A stretch of DNA of 64,000 nt. Origin: an uncultured Desulfobacter sp. (lineage in GTDB: Bacteria > Desulfobacterota > Desulfobacteria > Desulfobacterales > Desulfobacteraceae). The notes under the pieces are model-generated. The model ran no database searches. It saw only the letters and a list, made by a program, of their open reading frames with translations, and was not told where the DNA came from. The DNA lies in NCBI GenBank assembly GCA_963665095.1, contig OY762069.1:384001-448000 (forward strand). Direction: 5' to 3'. Positions 51,876 to 61,906 of the stretch are shown piece after piece. Position numbers and translations under genes: made by a program. Numbering within the stretch: position 1 is the first letter of the stretch; each line of letters begins with the position of its first letter.

Positions 51876-52021
51876 GATATATTTTTTCTAATCAGTATTT
51901 TTCGGTCAGCAGCTTTGCGATATCAGGCTCTGCCGGGGGTAACCTCCCGGCTTCATTGACTTGTCCCGGACCCATGCTTACCTTGAAAAGATAATCCAAA
52001 AGTTCAGTAAAAGAGGCATCT

Positions 52022-54373
52022 ATGGAAAGCAATATTTGGGGCAGTGATATCAATGCCAAGGTCAGTTTTGAACCGTTGTTTGAATTCTGGGAGGCCCACC
52101 TGGTTCGGGACTGTACTCATATGGCGTCCATGTATCAGCATATCAGGGCAAAGTTTGAGGCAAGGCCTCAGATTCAAGGCGTTATTGAAGATATCAGTAT
52201 TATCAATGAGCACTACGATATCATCCGTCCCCTGATGACAGCAGTATTCCCCCCTGCAGCTTTTGACAGGGAGATTATTGGCGCGCTGGTTCCCTTTTCA
52301 TTCCAGCCCTTTTATGTCAGTCCCGGTTTCCAGCGCGTATTTGTGGATAACGAATATTTTTACAATAATGTTATTGACAAGCTGCCTGCCCAGGAAATTG
52401 AGAAAAAGCGGCTTAAGATATATCTTCTCGTCCTGGAGCGGATATATGGCATTAAAACCCCCAGGCTCAACAGTGTAGACATTAAAGATGTTCCGGACCA
52501 GGAAACCGGGCTTCCAAGATTCTATGGGGTGACCACTGATTATCAGTTTTTGAGGATTACGCCGCCGGAAAAATTACCTGACCTGTCACAGGAAGATCGC
52601 GCATATATCAGCCAGAATATCACCAGTACTGTTGTGCTCTCCCGATACATCGACCTGAGCCGGTTCAAGTTCACCGGATTTACCCTGGTCCGGGCCATGG
52701 ATGTCACGGAATCAGAGGTTATTTCCGCTTTGGAACGGGACCTGATTGATCAGCACTCCATTTTTTCTTCAGAAGGTATTCAGCTTCTTGAAAAACGCCT
52801 GCAGACTTTTTTTCAACGCCCCGACATTCACTTAAGTATCTCCGCAGTTCATGGAGACCGGGTTATGGTCATTAAAAATGATTGCACGTCTGCCATCAGT
52901 TGTTTTTTTACCAACGCCCAGCACATGAATCTGGATGAGTTTGAGGGTTCGGTATGGCTTAAGGCCGCTTACGGAAAAGAGACCGTGAGAATTACGGACC
53001 TGTCCCGGAAAAAAGACCGGGTACCTGCAGAAGATCATGCGGTGGATGCGGGTATCCGCTCTCTTCTTCTCTCTGGGCTCAGATACCAGGGCAACCCCAT
53101 TGGCCTTTTAGAAATATTCACCCTGAAACCCGATGATTTAAGCCCCATGGAAGCCCTGCTCATGGATCAGGTCTCTCCAATTTTTTCCGTGGCGCTTAAA
53201 CGGGGTCTGGATGAGATGGATAAACAGGTTCAGTCCATTATCCGTGAAAAATGTACTGCAGTTCATCCCAGTGTTGAATGGCGGTTTGAGCAGGCTGCCT
53301 TGACGCATATGGACCGCATGCGCAAGGGAATGACCTCTTCTGAAATGGAGCCTATTATTTTTAAGGGCGTCATTCCTTTTTACGGACAGTCTGATATCAG
53401 AGGCTCGTCCCTGGCAAGGAACAAAGGGATTCAAAAGGATTTGAAACGGCAGCTGCAACTGGCGTTAGATGTCATAAATGCAGCCGGGCAGTATCGTTCC
53501 TGGCCCATTCTCAGGGAGTTCAGGTTCCGTATGGAAGCGCATCTTGACAGGATCAGCAGCGACGTGACGTCAAGTGATGAAAATGCTGTCTTTACCCTGC
53601 TTAATCATGATGTGGGGACGGCCTTTGACGATCTTGAACGCCTTGGTGGGCAGGTGGCTCAAAAAGTTCAGATCTACAGAGCTGCCCTGGATAAAAATTC
53701 CGGCCTGGTCTACGACAAGCGCAGGGATTATGAGGAGAGTGTCTACTATCTCAATCAGGTCCTTTCCGCCTACCTTGAAAAAGAGGACAGCCTTGTACAG
53801 GAAACTTTCCCCCACTATTTTGAAAAACGTCAGACAGATGGCATTGATTATATGATGTACATCGGGGCGTCCATGAACAAGGATCAGCGGCTGGCCCCCT
53901 TTCATATTCACAACATGACACTGTGGCAGTTCATGATAGCCTGTGGCCTGGCGTGTCAAACCGAACAGGTCAAACCCAGACTCAAGGTCTCACTGGACAC
54001 CTGCCATTTGATTCTGGTTAACCATACACCCCTTTCCATCAGGTTCCGTTTTGATGAAAAGCGATTTGATGTGGACGGGGCCTATGATGTAAGACAGGAG
54101 ATCATCAAGTCAAGACTGGACAAGGCCCTGGTTAAAGGATCCGGTGACCGCCTCACCCAGCCCGGGAAGATTGCTGTGGTCTATGACGATCCGGATGAAG
54201 GAAAGAAAATTCTTGAGCATATCCGCTTTTTAGGGTCCGAGGGAAGGCTGCTTGATGATCTTGAGTTTCTTGACCTGGACGACATGCCTGATGTCCGGGG
54301 CCTTAAAGCCGTCAGGGTCGGCGTTGATGTGGCTGTCCGGAAGGGAAATGTCGTTGAGATGCGCGCCGGATAA
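52022..54373 (+). CDS. GAF domain-containing conserved hypothetical protein
   Basis: GAF-like segment (GIRSLLLSGL...PIGLLEI); TAVHPSVEWRF, YGQSDIRGSS..RN, FRFDEKRFDVDGAY. Confidence 0.75.
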   Translation: MESNIWGSDINAKVSFEPLFEFWEAHLVRDCTHMASMYQHIRAKFEARPQIQGVIEDISIINEHYDIIRPLMTAVFPPAAFDREIIGALVPFSFQPFYVSPGFQRVFVDNEYFYNNVIDKLPAQEIEKKRLKIYLLVLERIYGIKTPRLNSVDIKDVPDQETGLPRFYGVTTDYQFLRITPPEKLPDLSQEDRAYISQNITSTVVLSRYIDLSRFKFTGFTLVRAMDVTESEVISALERDLIDQHSIFSSEGIQLLEKRLQTFFQRPDIHLSISAVHGDRVMVIKNDCTSAISCFFTNAQHMNLDEFEGSVWLKAAYGKETVRITDLSRKKDRVPAEDHAVDAGIRSLLLSGLRYQGNPIGLLEIFTLKPDDLSPMEALLMDQVSPIFSVALKRGLDEMDKQVQSIIREKCTAVHPSVEWRFEQAALTHMDRMRKGMTSSEMEPIIFKGVIPFYGQSDIRGSSLARNKGIQKDLKRQLQLALDVINAAGQYRSWPILREFRFRMEAHLDRISSDVTSSDENAVFTLLNHDVGTAFDDLERLGGQVAQKVQIYRAALDKNSGLVYDKRRDYEESVYYLNQVLSAYLEKEDSLVQETFPHYFEKRQTDGIDYMMYIGASMNKDQRLAPFHIHNMTLWQFMIACGLACQTEQVKPRLKVSLDTCHLILVNHTPLSIRFRFDEKRFDVDGAYDVRQEIIKSRLDKALVKGSGDRLTQPGKIAVVYDDPDEGKKILEHIRFLGSEGRLLDDLEFLDLDDMPDVRGLKAVRVGVDVAVRKGNVVEMRAG

Positions 54374-54521
54374 GGGATGTGTTGCGAAACTACAACAGCC
54401 ATCCCCGGCATCGGGACAGCGCAGGGATCAGAATTGTAACACGGAGCGTATCTGACTATTGAGCAGATGAAAGGAGTATGGTATTTTCTACCTATCATCT
54501 CACCAATAAAAAGGAGAGCCT

Positions 54522-54872
54522 ATGAACATTTCAGTCACTTTTAAAAACATCCCTTCGTCAGACGCTGTAAAGTCATATATCCAAAAAAAATTTGACAGGG
54601 TGGATAAGATGCTTGATTCACCCGCCGAGGCACAGGTTGTCCTGGCAGAGGAGAAACTAAGAAGTATTGCTGAAGTCAGGCTGACTTGCAGCAAGCTGAA
54701 GATTCACGCCAAGGATGAGGCTTCCGAGAATAACATGTATTCCGCCATTGACGGTCTGGCGGAAAAAATTAAAACTCAGATCAGCAAACTCAAAGACAAG
54801 CAAAGGCGTCATCTGGCCGGTGATAAACAGAGTATTAAAGATGAACTGCTGGATTCTGCCGTCAGTGATTAG
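54522..54872 (+). CDS. hpf: ribosome hibernation factor (HPF/RaiA)
   Basis: MNISVTFKN..SSDAVK.Y...K, MYSAID...K...Q..K.K.K; AAGGAG RBS. Confidence 0.92.
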   Translation: MNISVTFKNIPSSDAVKSYIQKKFDRVDKMLDSPAEAQVVLAEEKLRSIAEVRLTCSKLKIHAKDEASENNMYSAIDGLAEKIKTQISKLKDKQRRHLAGDKQSIKDELLDSAVSD

Positions 54873-54896
54873 GCCTGCCTGAATCAAATTGTACCC

Positions 54897-54932
54897 AGAG
54901 ATCCCAGTCTTTTCTTAGGCTGGGATCTTTTT
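54897..54932 (+). terminator. intrinsic terminator after hpf
   Basis: AGATCCCAG/CTGGGATCT stem followed by a T run. Confidence 0.8.
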
Positions 54933-55113
54933 ATATTTACAATTACAAATAAGCCGTCCGGGAGGTTGCCTCCTGACACACCCGCCTTCTTTTTCATCAG
55001 CCAATTGATTTTTTCAAAAAAAAAACGGAAACTATATTACATATCCTTTAAGATATGAGTACAAGGGTAATTTCAATTAAAACGAATTAATACTGACGGA
55101 GACCCTTGAATAC

Positions 55114-55884
55114 ATGGGTACCTTAAAACCGATCATCCCCCCACCTGCCGGAAACGGGATTAAAGAGATTTTATTTCTCATGGGAGAGACCGTGATCGGT
55201 TGTTTTTATATCAGACGGGGCGGATTTCAATATCTTGCCTTTCATTTTTTTCAGCAGATCTACTTTACGGCTGTGGAATGCCTGGTTACCAGCGCGCTGA
55301 TGGGGATTATGGTCGGACTTCTGGTGATTATTCCCATGGTATCGCTGAACATCATTCAGCTGGATATCCTCAGAATGATTTACGATGCTGCGGTGTACCA
55401 TACCCTTTTACCCATTATGCTGATATTTCTGGTTATTGGCCGGTCCGGAAATGCCATTACCAGTGAACTGGGGTCCCTGAGGATCAACCGGACCCTGGAG
55501 TCCCTGGCAGGCATGGGTATTGAACCTTATCACTTTTTGGTACTGCCCAGGGTACTGGCCATGATGGTCTCCCTTTCATTGTTATATATCTGGACCACGC
55601 TGTGGTCTGTGGCCTGTGTCACTGTCCTGAGTGTTGTGGAACTGCACACCTCAATAAAGGGGGTGATTCATGCATTGGTTCATCATATTGAATTTATGGA
55701 TTTTTTGCTGACCTTTGTCCTGCTTGCCTACGTAGGCGCAGTTTTAGTGGTGGTCCACGCCTATTTCGGTTTAGCTGCCACCTCTAAAATGGTGGTTGCC
55801 CGAAATTTACCCAGGGCCTTTATCTGGTCTCTTTTTTTAAGTTTGACCATGGTGATACTATTTTCTGCGATCCGACATGTCTGA
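55114..55884 (+). CDS. MlaE-family ABC permease
   Basis: IGRSGNAITSELG.LRI...LESL..MGI.P..FLVLPRVLA. Confidence 0.88.
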   Translation: MGTLKPIIPPPAGNGIKEILFLMGETVIGCFYIRRGGFQYLAFHFFQQIYFTAVECLVTSALMGIMVGLLVIIPMVSLNIIQLDILRMIYDAAVYHTLLPIMLIFLVIGRSGNAITSELGSLRINRTLESLAGMGIEPYHFLVLPRVLAMMVSLSLLYIWTTLWSVACVTVLSVVELHTSIKGVIHALVHHIEFMDFLLTFVLLAYVGAVLVVVHAYFGLAATSKMVVARNLPRAFIWSLFLSLTMVILFSAIRHV

Positions 55885-56530
55885 ATCTAAAATTATTGAA
55901 ATAATAGGGGTGACATCAGGACGCGCCAGTGATATCAATCTTTGCGTTGAGCAGAAGGCGTGTGTGCTGTTGTCCGGTGAGCCCGGGGCCGGAAAGACCA
56001 CCCTGCTGAAAATGATGAACGGACTGGTTGAACCGGATCAAGGACGGGTGCTGCTGTTTAACCAAGATATCAAGTCCCTGTCCCAGTACAGACTTTTGGC
56101 ACTGAGACAATTTGTCAGTTACCTTGGTTTTCCACGCGGGTTGGTGGAAAACTGGACTGGATATCAAAACCTGTGCCTGCCGTTGAAATATCATTGGAAT
56201 ATGGACGATCATGCGTGTGATAAAAGAATCCGGGAAACAGAAGTGTACCTTGGCCCTGTCCGGGAACTGCTCGGATATCCTGTCTCCTGGCTGGATAATG
56301 AAGCCCAGCGGTTTTTAACGGTTTTCAGAAGCCTTGTCATCCGTCCCCGCCTGCTGTTGCTCGATCCGGATGAGATGAAATTATCCAAACCCGGACTGCT
56401 TGAGTCCATACTTGGCTATCTGTTTGACACACAGACCACCGCAGTAATCGCCGACTCCATCTACCTGAAAAATTGCCCCATGGACAGGTTCAGGCGATTT
56501 GATTTATATTCAGCAGGAGGGACACCATGA
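55877..56530 (+). CDS. MlaF-like ABC ATP-binding protein, degenerate
   Basis: Walker A GEPGAGKTT intact; signature, Walker B Glu and H-loop altered. Confidence 0.8.
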   Translation: MSESKIIEIIGVTSGRASDINLCVEQKACVLLSGEPGAGKTTLLKMMNGLVEPDQGRVLLFNQDIKSLSQYRLLALRQFVSYLGFPRGLVENWTGYQNLCLPLKYHWNMDDHACDKRIRETEVYLGPVRELLGYPVSWLDNEAQRFLTVFRSLVIRPRLLLLDPDEMKLSKPGLLESILGYLFDTQTTAVIADSIYLKNCPMDRFRRFDLYSAGGTP

Positions 56531-57591
56531 CCCGGGATTATGCACTCATAAGCCAGCGCCGCAACCGCACCATGAAAATGGTCATTGGGTTGTTTACGAT
56601 GTTCACCGTAATTGTCCTGCTGTTTTTTATCTGGGTCGGTCATAATCAGTTTACTCCTTTCAGCAAAACCGTCTCCTTCCGCTCTGAAATAACCAATGCG
56701 GAATTTATCCAGGAGGGAATGCCGGTGATGATTTCCGGTATGGTGGTGGGGGATGTGTCAGATCTTATACTGCAATCTGACAGCAGTATCGCCATGACCA
56801 TCCGGATTAATGAAAAGTATCATTCCATGGTCAATACAGGTTCCACGCTCAAATTAAGCGCCTCTTTGATCGGTTCCTCGAAATTAAAGATTGAAACCCC
56901 GGAACAAAATTTGCCCCCGCTGGCGCAGAATAGTTTTCTGCCTTTTCCCACTCAGGATATGGCACAGGAACTGCTGGCGAAATTGCCTGATCAGATTGCA
57001 CGAATTGAGTCCATTTTGGAAAATGCCGAAAAAATTACCCGGCTGTTATCTGACGAAAACGGGCCAATGTTCACCACCATGGAAAACCTGGAATCCGCAA
57101 CGCTGGTTTTAAAAAATTTTATGGACAACCAGATCGGTGCCACCGGGAAAATTACGCAAAGTATGGAGTTATACCAGTCTACGCTGGATAAGCTCGGCCT
57201 GCTTATCAAGGAGGTAAGTCAGACCGTGAACGATGTGCGAACCCCGTTGAAACGGCTTTCACCGATCATGGCCAATATTGAACAGAGCACGGGGTTAAGT
57301 ATTGACTCCAGTGCCCAGCTGAAAGAAATTCTGGTACGCGTGAACCGTAATATGGATATCGTGGAAAAGATTCTTGTGGACCTGAAAGCCACCACGGGGC
57401 AGTTTAACAATTTCACTCCTGAATTAAACCGGATGATCATTGATGCCCGAAGTGTGACAGATCAGGCCTCCCAGATTCTGGATGCTGCACAGGCCTCGCC
57501 TTTTTTAAAAAATGCTTTCCCCAAAACCACAACCGTGCCTGTTCAGCCTGAGCCAAGGATTGGGTGGCCCCTTCAAAGGGAGAATAACTAG
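56527..57591 (+). CDS. MCE/MlaD family protein with long helical domain
   Basis: N-terminal TM; G.PV.ISG..VG.V MCE motif, SLIG; helical C-terminus. Confidence 0.88.
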   Translation: MTRDYALISQRRNRTMKMVIGLFTMFTVIVLLFFIWVGHNQFTPFSKTVSFRSEITNAEFIQEGMPVMISGMVVGDVSDLILQSDSSIAMTIRINEKYHSMVNTGSTLKLSASLIGSSKLKIETPEQNLPPLAQNSFLPFPTQDMAQELLAKLPDQIARIESILENAEKITRLLSDENGPMFTTMENLESATLVLKNFMDNQIGATGKITQSMELYQSTLDKLGLLIKEVSQTVNDVRTPLKRLSPIMANIEQSTGLSIDSSAQLKEILVRVNRNMDIVEKILVDLKATTGQFNNFTPELNRMIIDARSVTDQASQILDAAQASPFLKNAFPKTTTVPVQPEPRIGWPLQRENN

Positions 57592-57592
57592 C

Positions 57593-58429
57593 ATGCAAAA
57601 AATGGCGGTATTCATTGTACTTTGGGGAATAGCAGTTGCCGGATGCGCCACGACCCCTTACCAAAGGGTTGAAGAAAAACGTATGAACATGGGGTTGTCC
57701 AAGGCGGAAGAATTTTACAACCTGGGTATGTATGCCAGTGCCGCCCTCTCCTTTGAAAAGGTGATTCAACTGGCAGTGGTTGAACAGGATCCTGTTGTTA
57801 TGACCCGGGCACAGTTCAGATATGCCTTAAGTCTGGAACGTTGTTTTGCTGATTCAGAACTGGTCAATAACGCATGGGACAGTGCCAAGGATTATGCACA
57901 AACCTATGGCATCCAGATGTTTGACATACTTCTGGGATGGCTGAACTGGCAGATATCATATAAAGAATCGCCGGATATTCATGATGTCGACCAGACCCTG
58001 GCCCGGTTTAACCGGGAGTATCCCCCTGAAAATTTAATTCAAAAGATACAATGGCTAAACCTTTCTGCCAAGTGGCACATGACTGCGGGCTTTGCCGGCA
58101 AGGCTGAAAATGATCTGAATGACGCCATGGCAGTCATTGAATCTGAAATGAGCAGGAAGTATGAAAGTAAAGAGCTGGCCATGGCCCTTTCGCTGACCCT
58201 GTTTAACCGCGCCATGGTTCTGGTGAGCCAGCATCAGTTTAATAATGCCCTGACACTTTTCAGCCGGTCTCTGGCACTGGACAGTAAAAACAACAATATC
58301 AGCGGTGTGTATGCCAATCTTTGCGCCCAGGCAGAATTGCTTGACGTGATGGGAGAAACAGGCCGGGCCCAAAGCATCCGGGCGCAACTTATCCGGATGC
58401 GCCGATATATGACAAGTCTTTCCCCTTAA
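57593..58429 (+). CDS. TPR-like lipoprotein
   Basis: Lipobox VAGC after a hydrophobic signal; TPR-like helices (A..LF.RSL.LD). Confidence 0.75.
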   Translation: MQKMAVFIVLWGIAVAGCATTPYQRVEEKRMNMGLSKAEEFYNLGMYASAALSFEKVIQLAVVEQDPVVMTRAQFRYALSLERCFADSELVNNAWDSAKDYAQTYGIQMFDILLGWLNWQISYKESPDIHDVDQTLARFNREYPPENLIQKIQWLNLSAKWHMTAGFAGKAENDLNDAMAVIESEMSRKYESKELAMALSLTLFNRAMVLVSQHQFNNALTLFSRSLALDSKNNNISGVYANLCAQAELLDVMGETGRAQSIRAQLIRMRRYMTSLSP

Positions 58430-58672
58430 ACATCTATGCATGACCGAGCCTTTGAAGGGCATAGGTATTTACACTTTTAATAAAAAGCAGACACGCTTCC
58501 CGGATATGCTGACAGCATCAGTCAGAGTAAAAAGTCGGTACCCAAAATTAATTTTCAGTGCTATTCTTATATCTGGTAGCACGCCAGCACGATCTTAAAT
58601 CATATTCTCATTCATACAGGATAGTATCTCCCCACTGGTTTAACCGGCGGGAGAGCTTTGACATTTACGACT

Positions 58673-60217
58673 ATGTTAGAATTACATTTAAACAACCTGC
58701 CTTCTCTTTCGGTTTTTCTGCTTATTATTGCAGGTATTGATCTTTTTTTTGCTGTTATTGCATTTGTCCGCCGCAGGGCTGTCGGTGCGGGTTCCTTTCT
58801 GCTGCTGATGCTGGCAATGGGGGTTTATGCCGGCGGCTATGCTTTTGAGCTGGCTTCTTCAGATCTTACTACAGCCCTGTTTTTTTCAAATGTCCAATAT
58901 CTGGGGATTCCCTTTGTCGCTTTTCTGCTTTACTCTCTTATCTGGAAATATCTGCGTCATACCAATGCAATGCCTTTAAAACTGGTTATCCCTTTGCTAA
59001 TTGTTCCCGTTGTCACTTTTTTCTGTCACCTGACATGTGACGGGCATAATCTTTTTTATATCAATCCTCAGCTTGGTTTTTATAATGGGCTGTCCATCTT
59101 GTCTTTTGAAAAAGGAATATGGAAACACATAGACCATGCATATACTTTTTCCCTTGTTATAATGGCATTGATCCACTGTATTGTCCGTTTTATAAAGGAT
59201 GAAAAATACCGTAGTCACATTGCCCTGCTGATTGCTGCAACCGTTTTCCCCTTTGGGGGGTTCCTTTTATACGTTGCCGGCCTGGCACCGGAACATCTCG
59301 ATATTACCCCGCTAACCTTTGGACTTTCGTGCCCGTTTTTAGCGATTGCCATTTTTCATCTGTCTTTGTTCGATATCGTACCTGTTGCCAGGGATCATAT
59401 TTTTGAAAATCTGGATAATGGGCTTCTGGTAACAGACTCGCTGGACAGGCTGATTGATTATAATAAATCCATCATAAAAATTTTTCCTGAACTTGAGAAA
59501 TTTCGTGTGGGTGTTTCGGTCAAGTCTTTAGCTGTCATTAATGGGGGCCGGACAATTGATCTTTATCAGCTCTTAAATACGGACAAAACATTTGTGGCAG
59601 AGCAGGGGGAGGCGAAGAATTATTATAGTATACGAAAAAACATCATATCTCAGACAAGACAGTTTTACGGTGGAATAATTTATATAGTCGCAGATATAAC
59701 TGAAGAGAAGACCCTTGAGGCAAAACTTCACACCATGGCAACAACAGACCCCCTGACAGGAATTCAAAACAGACGAAACCTCCTTGAAATTGGAGATAAA
59801 GAGCTAAAGCATTCTGCAAGATATAAGCGGGATCTCAGCGTTCTGTTTTTTGATATTGATCATTTCAAAAAAGTAAATGATTCCTGGGGGCATCTGGCTG
59901 GAGACAGGGTATTAATCGAAATAGCACAGACCTGTACAAAACAGATTCGGGAAAGCGACTCGCTTGGCCGGTACGGCGGAGAAGAGTTTGTTCTTATTTT
60001 ACCAGAGACATCGTATGACGCTGCTATCCGGGTTGCTGAAAAGTTACGCGGCTCTATTGCCAAAATGACAGTTATATTTGAACAGCATAAAATCAAGGTA
60101 ACAGCCAGTTTTGGTGTGGCTGCTTTTAAAAACGGTGAAACCCTTGATGACCTGTTTAATCGCGCAGATCAGTTTTTATATCAAGCAAAAAATACGGGAA
60201 GGAACCGTGTTTGTTAG
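58673..60217 (+). CDS. membrane diguanylate cyclase (HisKA_7TM-PAS-GGDEF)
   Basis: 7TM sensor, PAS-like segment, TDPLTG..NRR, DIDHFK.VND..GH..GD, RESD I-site, GGEEF. Confidence 0.94.
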   Translation: MLELHLNNLPSLSVFLLIIAGIDLFFAVIAFVRRRAVGAGSFLLLMLAMGVYAGGYAFELASSDLTTALFFSNVQYLGIPFVAFLLYSLIWKYLRHTNAMPLKLVIPLLIVPVVTFFCHLTCDGHNLFYINPQLGFYNGLSILSFEKGIWKHIDHAYTFSLVIMALIHCIVRFIKDEKYRSHIALLIAATVFPFGGFLLYVAGLAPEHLDITPLTFGLSCPFLAIAIFHLSLFDIVPVARDHIFENLDNGLLVTDSLDRLIDYNKSIIKIFPELEKFRVGVSVKSLAVINGGRTIDLYQLLNTDKTFVAEQGEAKNYYSIRKNIISQTRQFYGGIIYIVADITEEKTLEAKLHTMATTDPLTGIQNRRNLLEIGDKELKHSARYKRDLSVLFFDIDHFKKVNDSWGHLAGDRVLIEIAQTCTKQIRESDSLGRYGGEEFVLILPETSYDAAIRVAEKLRGSIAKMTVIFEQHKIKVTASFGVAAFKNGETLDDLFNRADQFLYQAKNTGRNRVC

Positions 60218-60259
60218 CAGGTGCTTTAAAAGGGCATGGCAGATGCCCCCGGACAGCGT

Positions 60260-60803
60260 TCAATCTGAACGTATCCGTAAAAATGAGGGGAATTTGGGAA
60301 TTTTGTTTTTCGTAAAACCGTAATATTTAAAAGTAACCTGGGTGCCAACGGGCGGCGGATTCTGCCTGTTTTGTTCAGTGAAGCCTGTGCCCAGTTTGAA
60401 TTGAATGCCATTTTCAAGCCGGATGGTCAGGGAGCCCATTACCCCGGCAAATTTTCCTTTTCCTGGATTGATGGCAATGACTTCTCCTTCCATATCCCGG
60501 GTCTCCTTTATTTTGAGGACATATGGGCTTCGTCCCGTATGGTAGGCTTTTTGGGGATCCTTAACAATAACCCCTTCTCCGCTTCGGGATGCCACCTGCT
60601 TAATAAACTCATCAAGATCAGGCAGGTCGCCAATCAGGGTTTGGTGGATGATGTGTACGAATGGGTCGGGGTGGGCGGCAAACCAACGCGTTGCTTTTTC
60701 CAGGCGCTGGAAGAAATCGCCCTTTTGGTTGGGAACTTCAAAAATATTGTAGGTGATTTTTTCCCAACCTTTTCCCGGGTGCCGGTCAAGAACCACAGAC
60801 TGG
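60260..60803 (-). pseudogene. ATP-dependent DNA ligase (minimal LigE-like), 3' fragment
   Basis: GEGVIVK, Y..GRS..LK.K and OB-fold FKLGTGF...FPSFLRIR; 5' part cut off by the transposon. Confidence 0.9.
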
Positions 60804-60882
60804 TGTTGAGTCGCATTTTATCCTGACTTAAATTTTCTAATTATTTTGAACAGATTAAATCTTTTCCATATTATTTAAGACA

Positions 60883-61065
60883 GCTACAGAAGTCGCTGCG
60901 CTCCTTCTCAGTAGGTTTTTAAGGCATAGGCAGAACAGCTTGAATAAAGCAGAAAGGGGAAGCAGGTAATCCCCACTTCCCCTGGCGCATTATTCAATGC
61001 TGCCTGCTTCCGGCTATCCCTTACCAGGTTGCTCCTCAGCAGAGCCCGGCTCCGTTTCACCGAAA
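60883..61065 (-). ncRNA. candidate structured RNA/DNA region inside the transposon's 3' end
   Basis: Non-coding, GC-richer than its flanks, several adjacent hairpins; strand assumed from transposon transcription; no family assigned. Confidence 0.35.
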
Positions 61066-61096
61066 TCGTAATATTCTGCTCTATGGCTGTTTTTTC

Positions 61097-61906
61097 TTAA
61101 AAAATTTCCGATGAAGCAATGCGGACATGCTCTGCAGATACCGTCATTGATTTTTCTGCCGCAGCAGCAATCAATGAGCCTCTGGCAAGATTATTCGCCT
61201 TTCGTAAAAGGCCGCCGGAGCCTTGATGAATCGCAGTCACCGCCTGGTCAGAAAAAAAGTTGGTGTCAACACCGCATAGTTTTAAATGATGGATCAGGTA
61301 AGTTTTCATTCCAGCCACATCCAGACCATCCAGATGGCTTTTAGCCACAATCCTGGATGCAAACGGGATTGACGTCCGGTACTGAAGCTTATCTATCAAT
61401 GTCGGCTGACCTGCAAGGATCACAGGCAGCCAGGGCATGGCGTCTTTTTCAAATTGAACCAGGGTGTGAAGTTCGGCAAAGACTTCCATGCGAAGCAGAG
61501 ATGCCTCATCTATAATCAAAACGGTTTTGATCTTTTTTCCCAGGACGAATTCACGTATTTCATTTTTAATAATGGAGATCATAACAGCGCGGGACGTCGA
61601 TGTCCGCTCTATGCCCAGTTCTTCAACAATCTGCCGGTAAAGTTCCATGATGGAACCGCTTGAGGCCGTAACATAAAAGACTTTGTATTCCGAAGGGTGT
61701 AGGGATGAGGCGGCATACCTTAAGGCGGTGGACTTTCCGCTGCCCACATCCCCTGTGATAACCGCACTGCAGCCAAGTCTTAAGGAATAATCAATCCGAT
61801 TTTTAACGCCCGAGACCTCCGGGGTGACCAGGATATCATTGATTTCTATCTGCGCCGGGAAGGCCTCCCTATATAAGCCAAAAAAGGTACGATACATTTC
61901 ACTCAT
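61097..61906 (-). CDS. ExeA-like AAA+ ATPase (transposition helper; TnsC/MuB/IstB analogue)
   Basis: Walker A GDVGSGKS, Walker B LIIDEA, ILAGQP; ATGA overlap with the transposase. Confidence 0.92.
   Translation of the reverse strand: MSEMYRTFFGLYREAFPAQIEINDILVTPEVSGVKNRIDYSLRLGCSAVITGDVGSGKSTALRYAASSLHPSEYKVFYVTASSGSIMELYRQIVEELGIERTSTSRAVMISIIKNEIREFVLGKKIKTVLIIDEASLLRMEVFAELHTLVQFEKDAMPWLPVILAGQPTLIDKLQYRTSIPFASRIVAKSHLDGLDVAGMKTYLIHHLKLCGVDTNFFSDQAVTAIHQGSGGLLRKANNLARGSLIAAAAEKSMTVSAEHVRIASSEIF

Noticed and set aside
54374..54521. raiA-motif RNA upstream of hpf
   Set aside because: Only about 150 bp with one simple hairpin; no recognisable multi-stem motif
61020..61065. Hammerhead ribozyme in the transposon tail
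   Set aside because: GAAAC is present but the core reads CUGCUGA rather than CUGANGA, and I could not build the three stems
61097..61906. ExeA ATPase as part of the type II secretion system
   Set aside because: It lies inside the transposon boundaries, is coupled to the transposase, and lacks the peptidoglycan-binding extension of secretion ExeA
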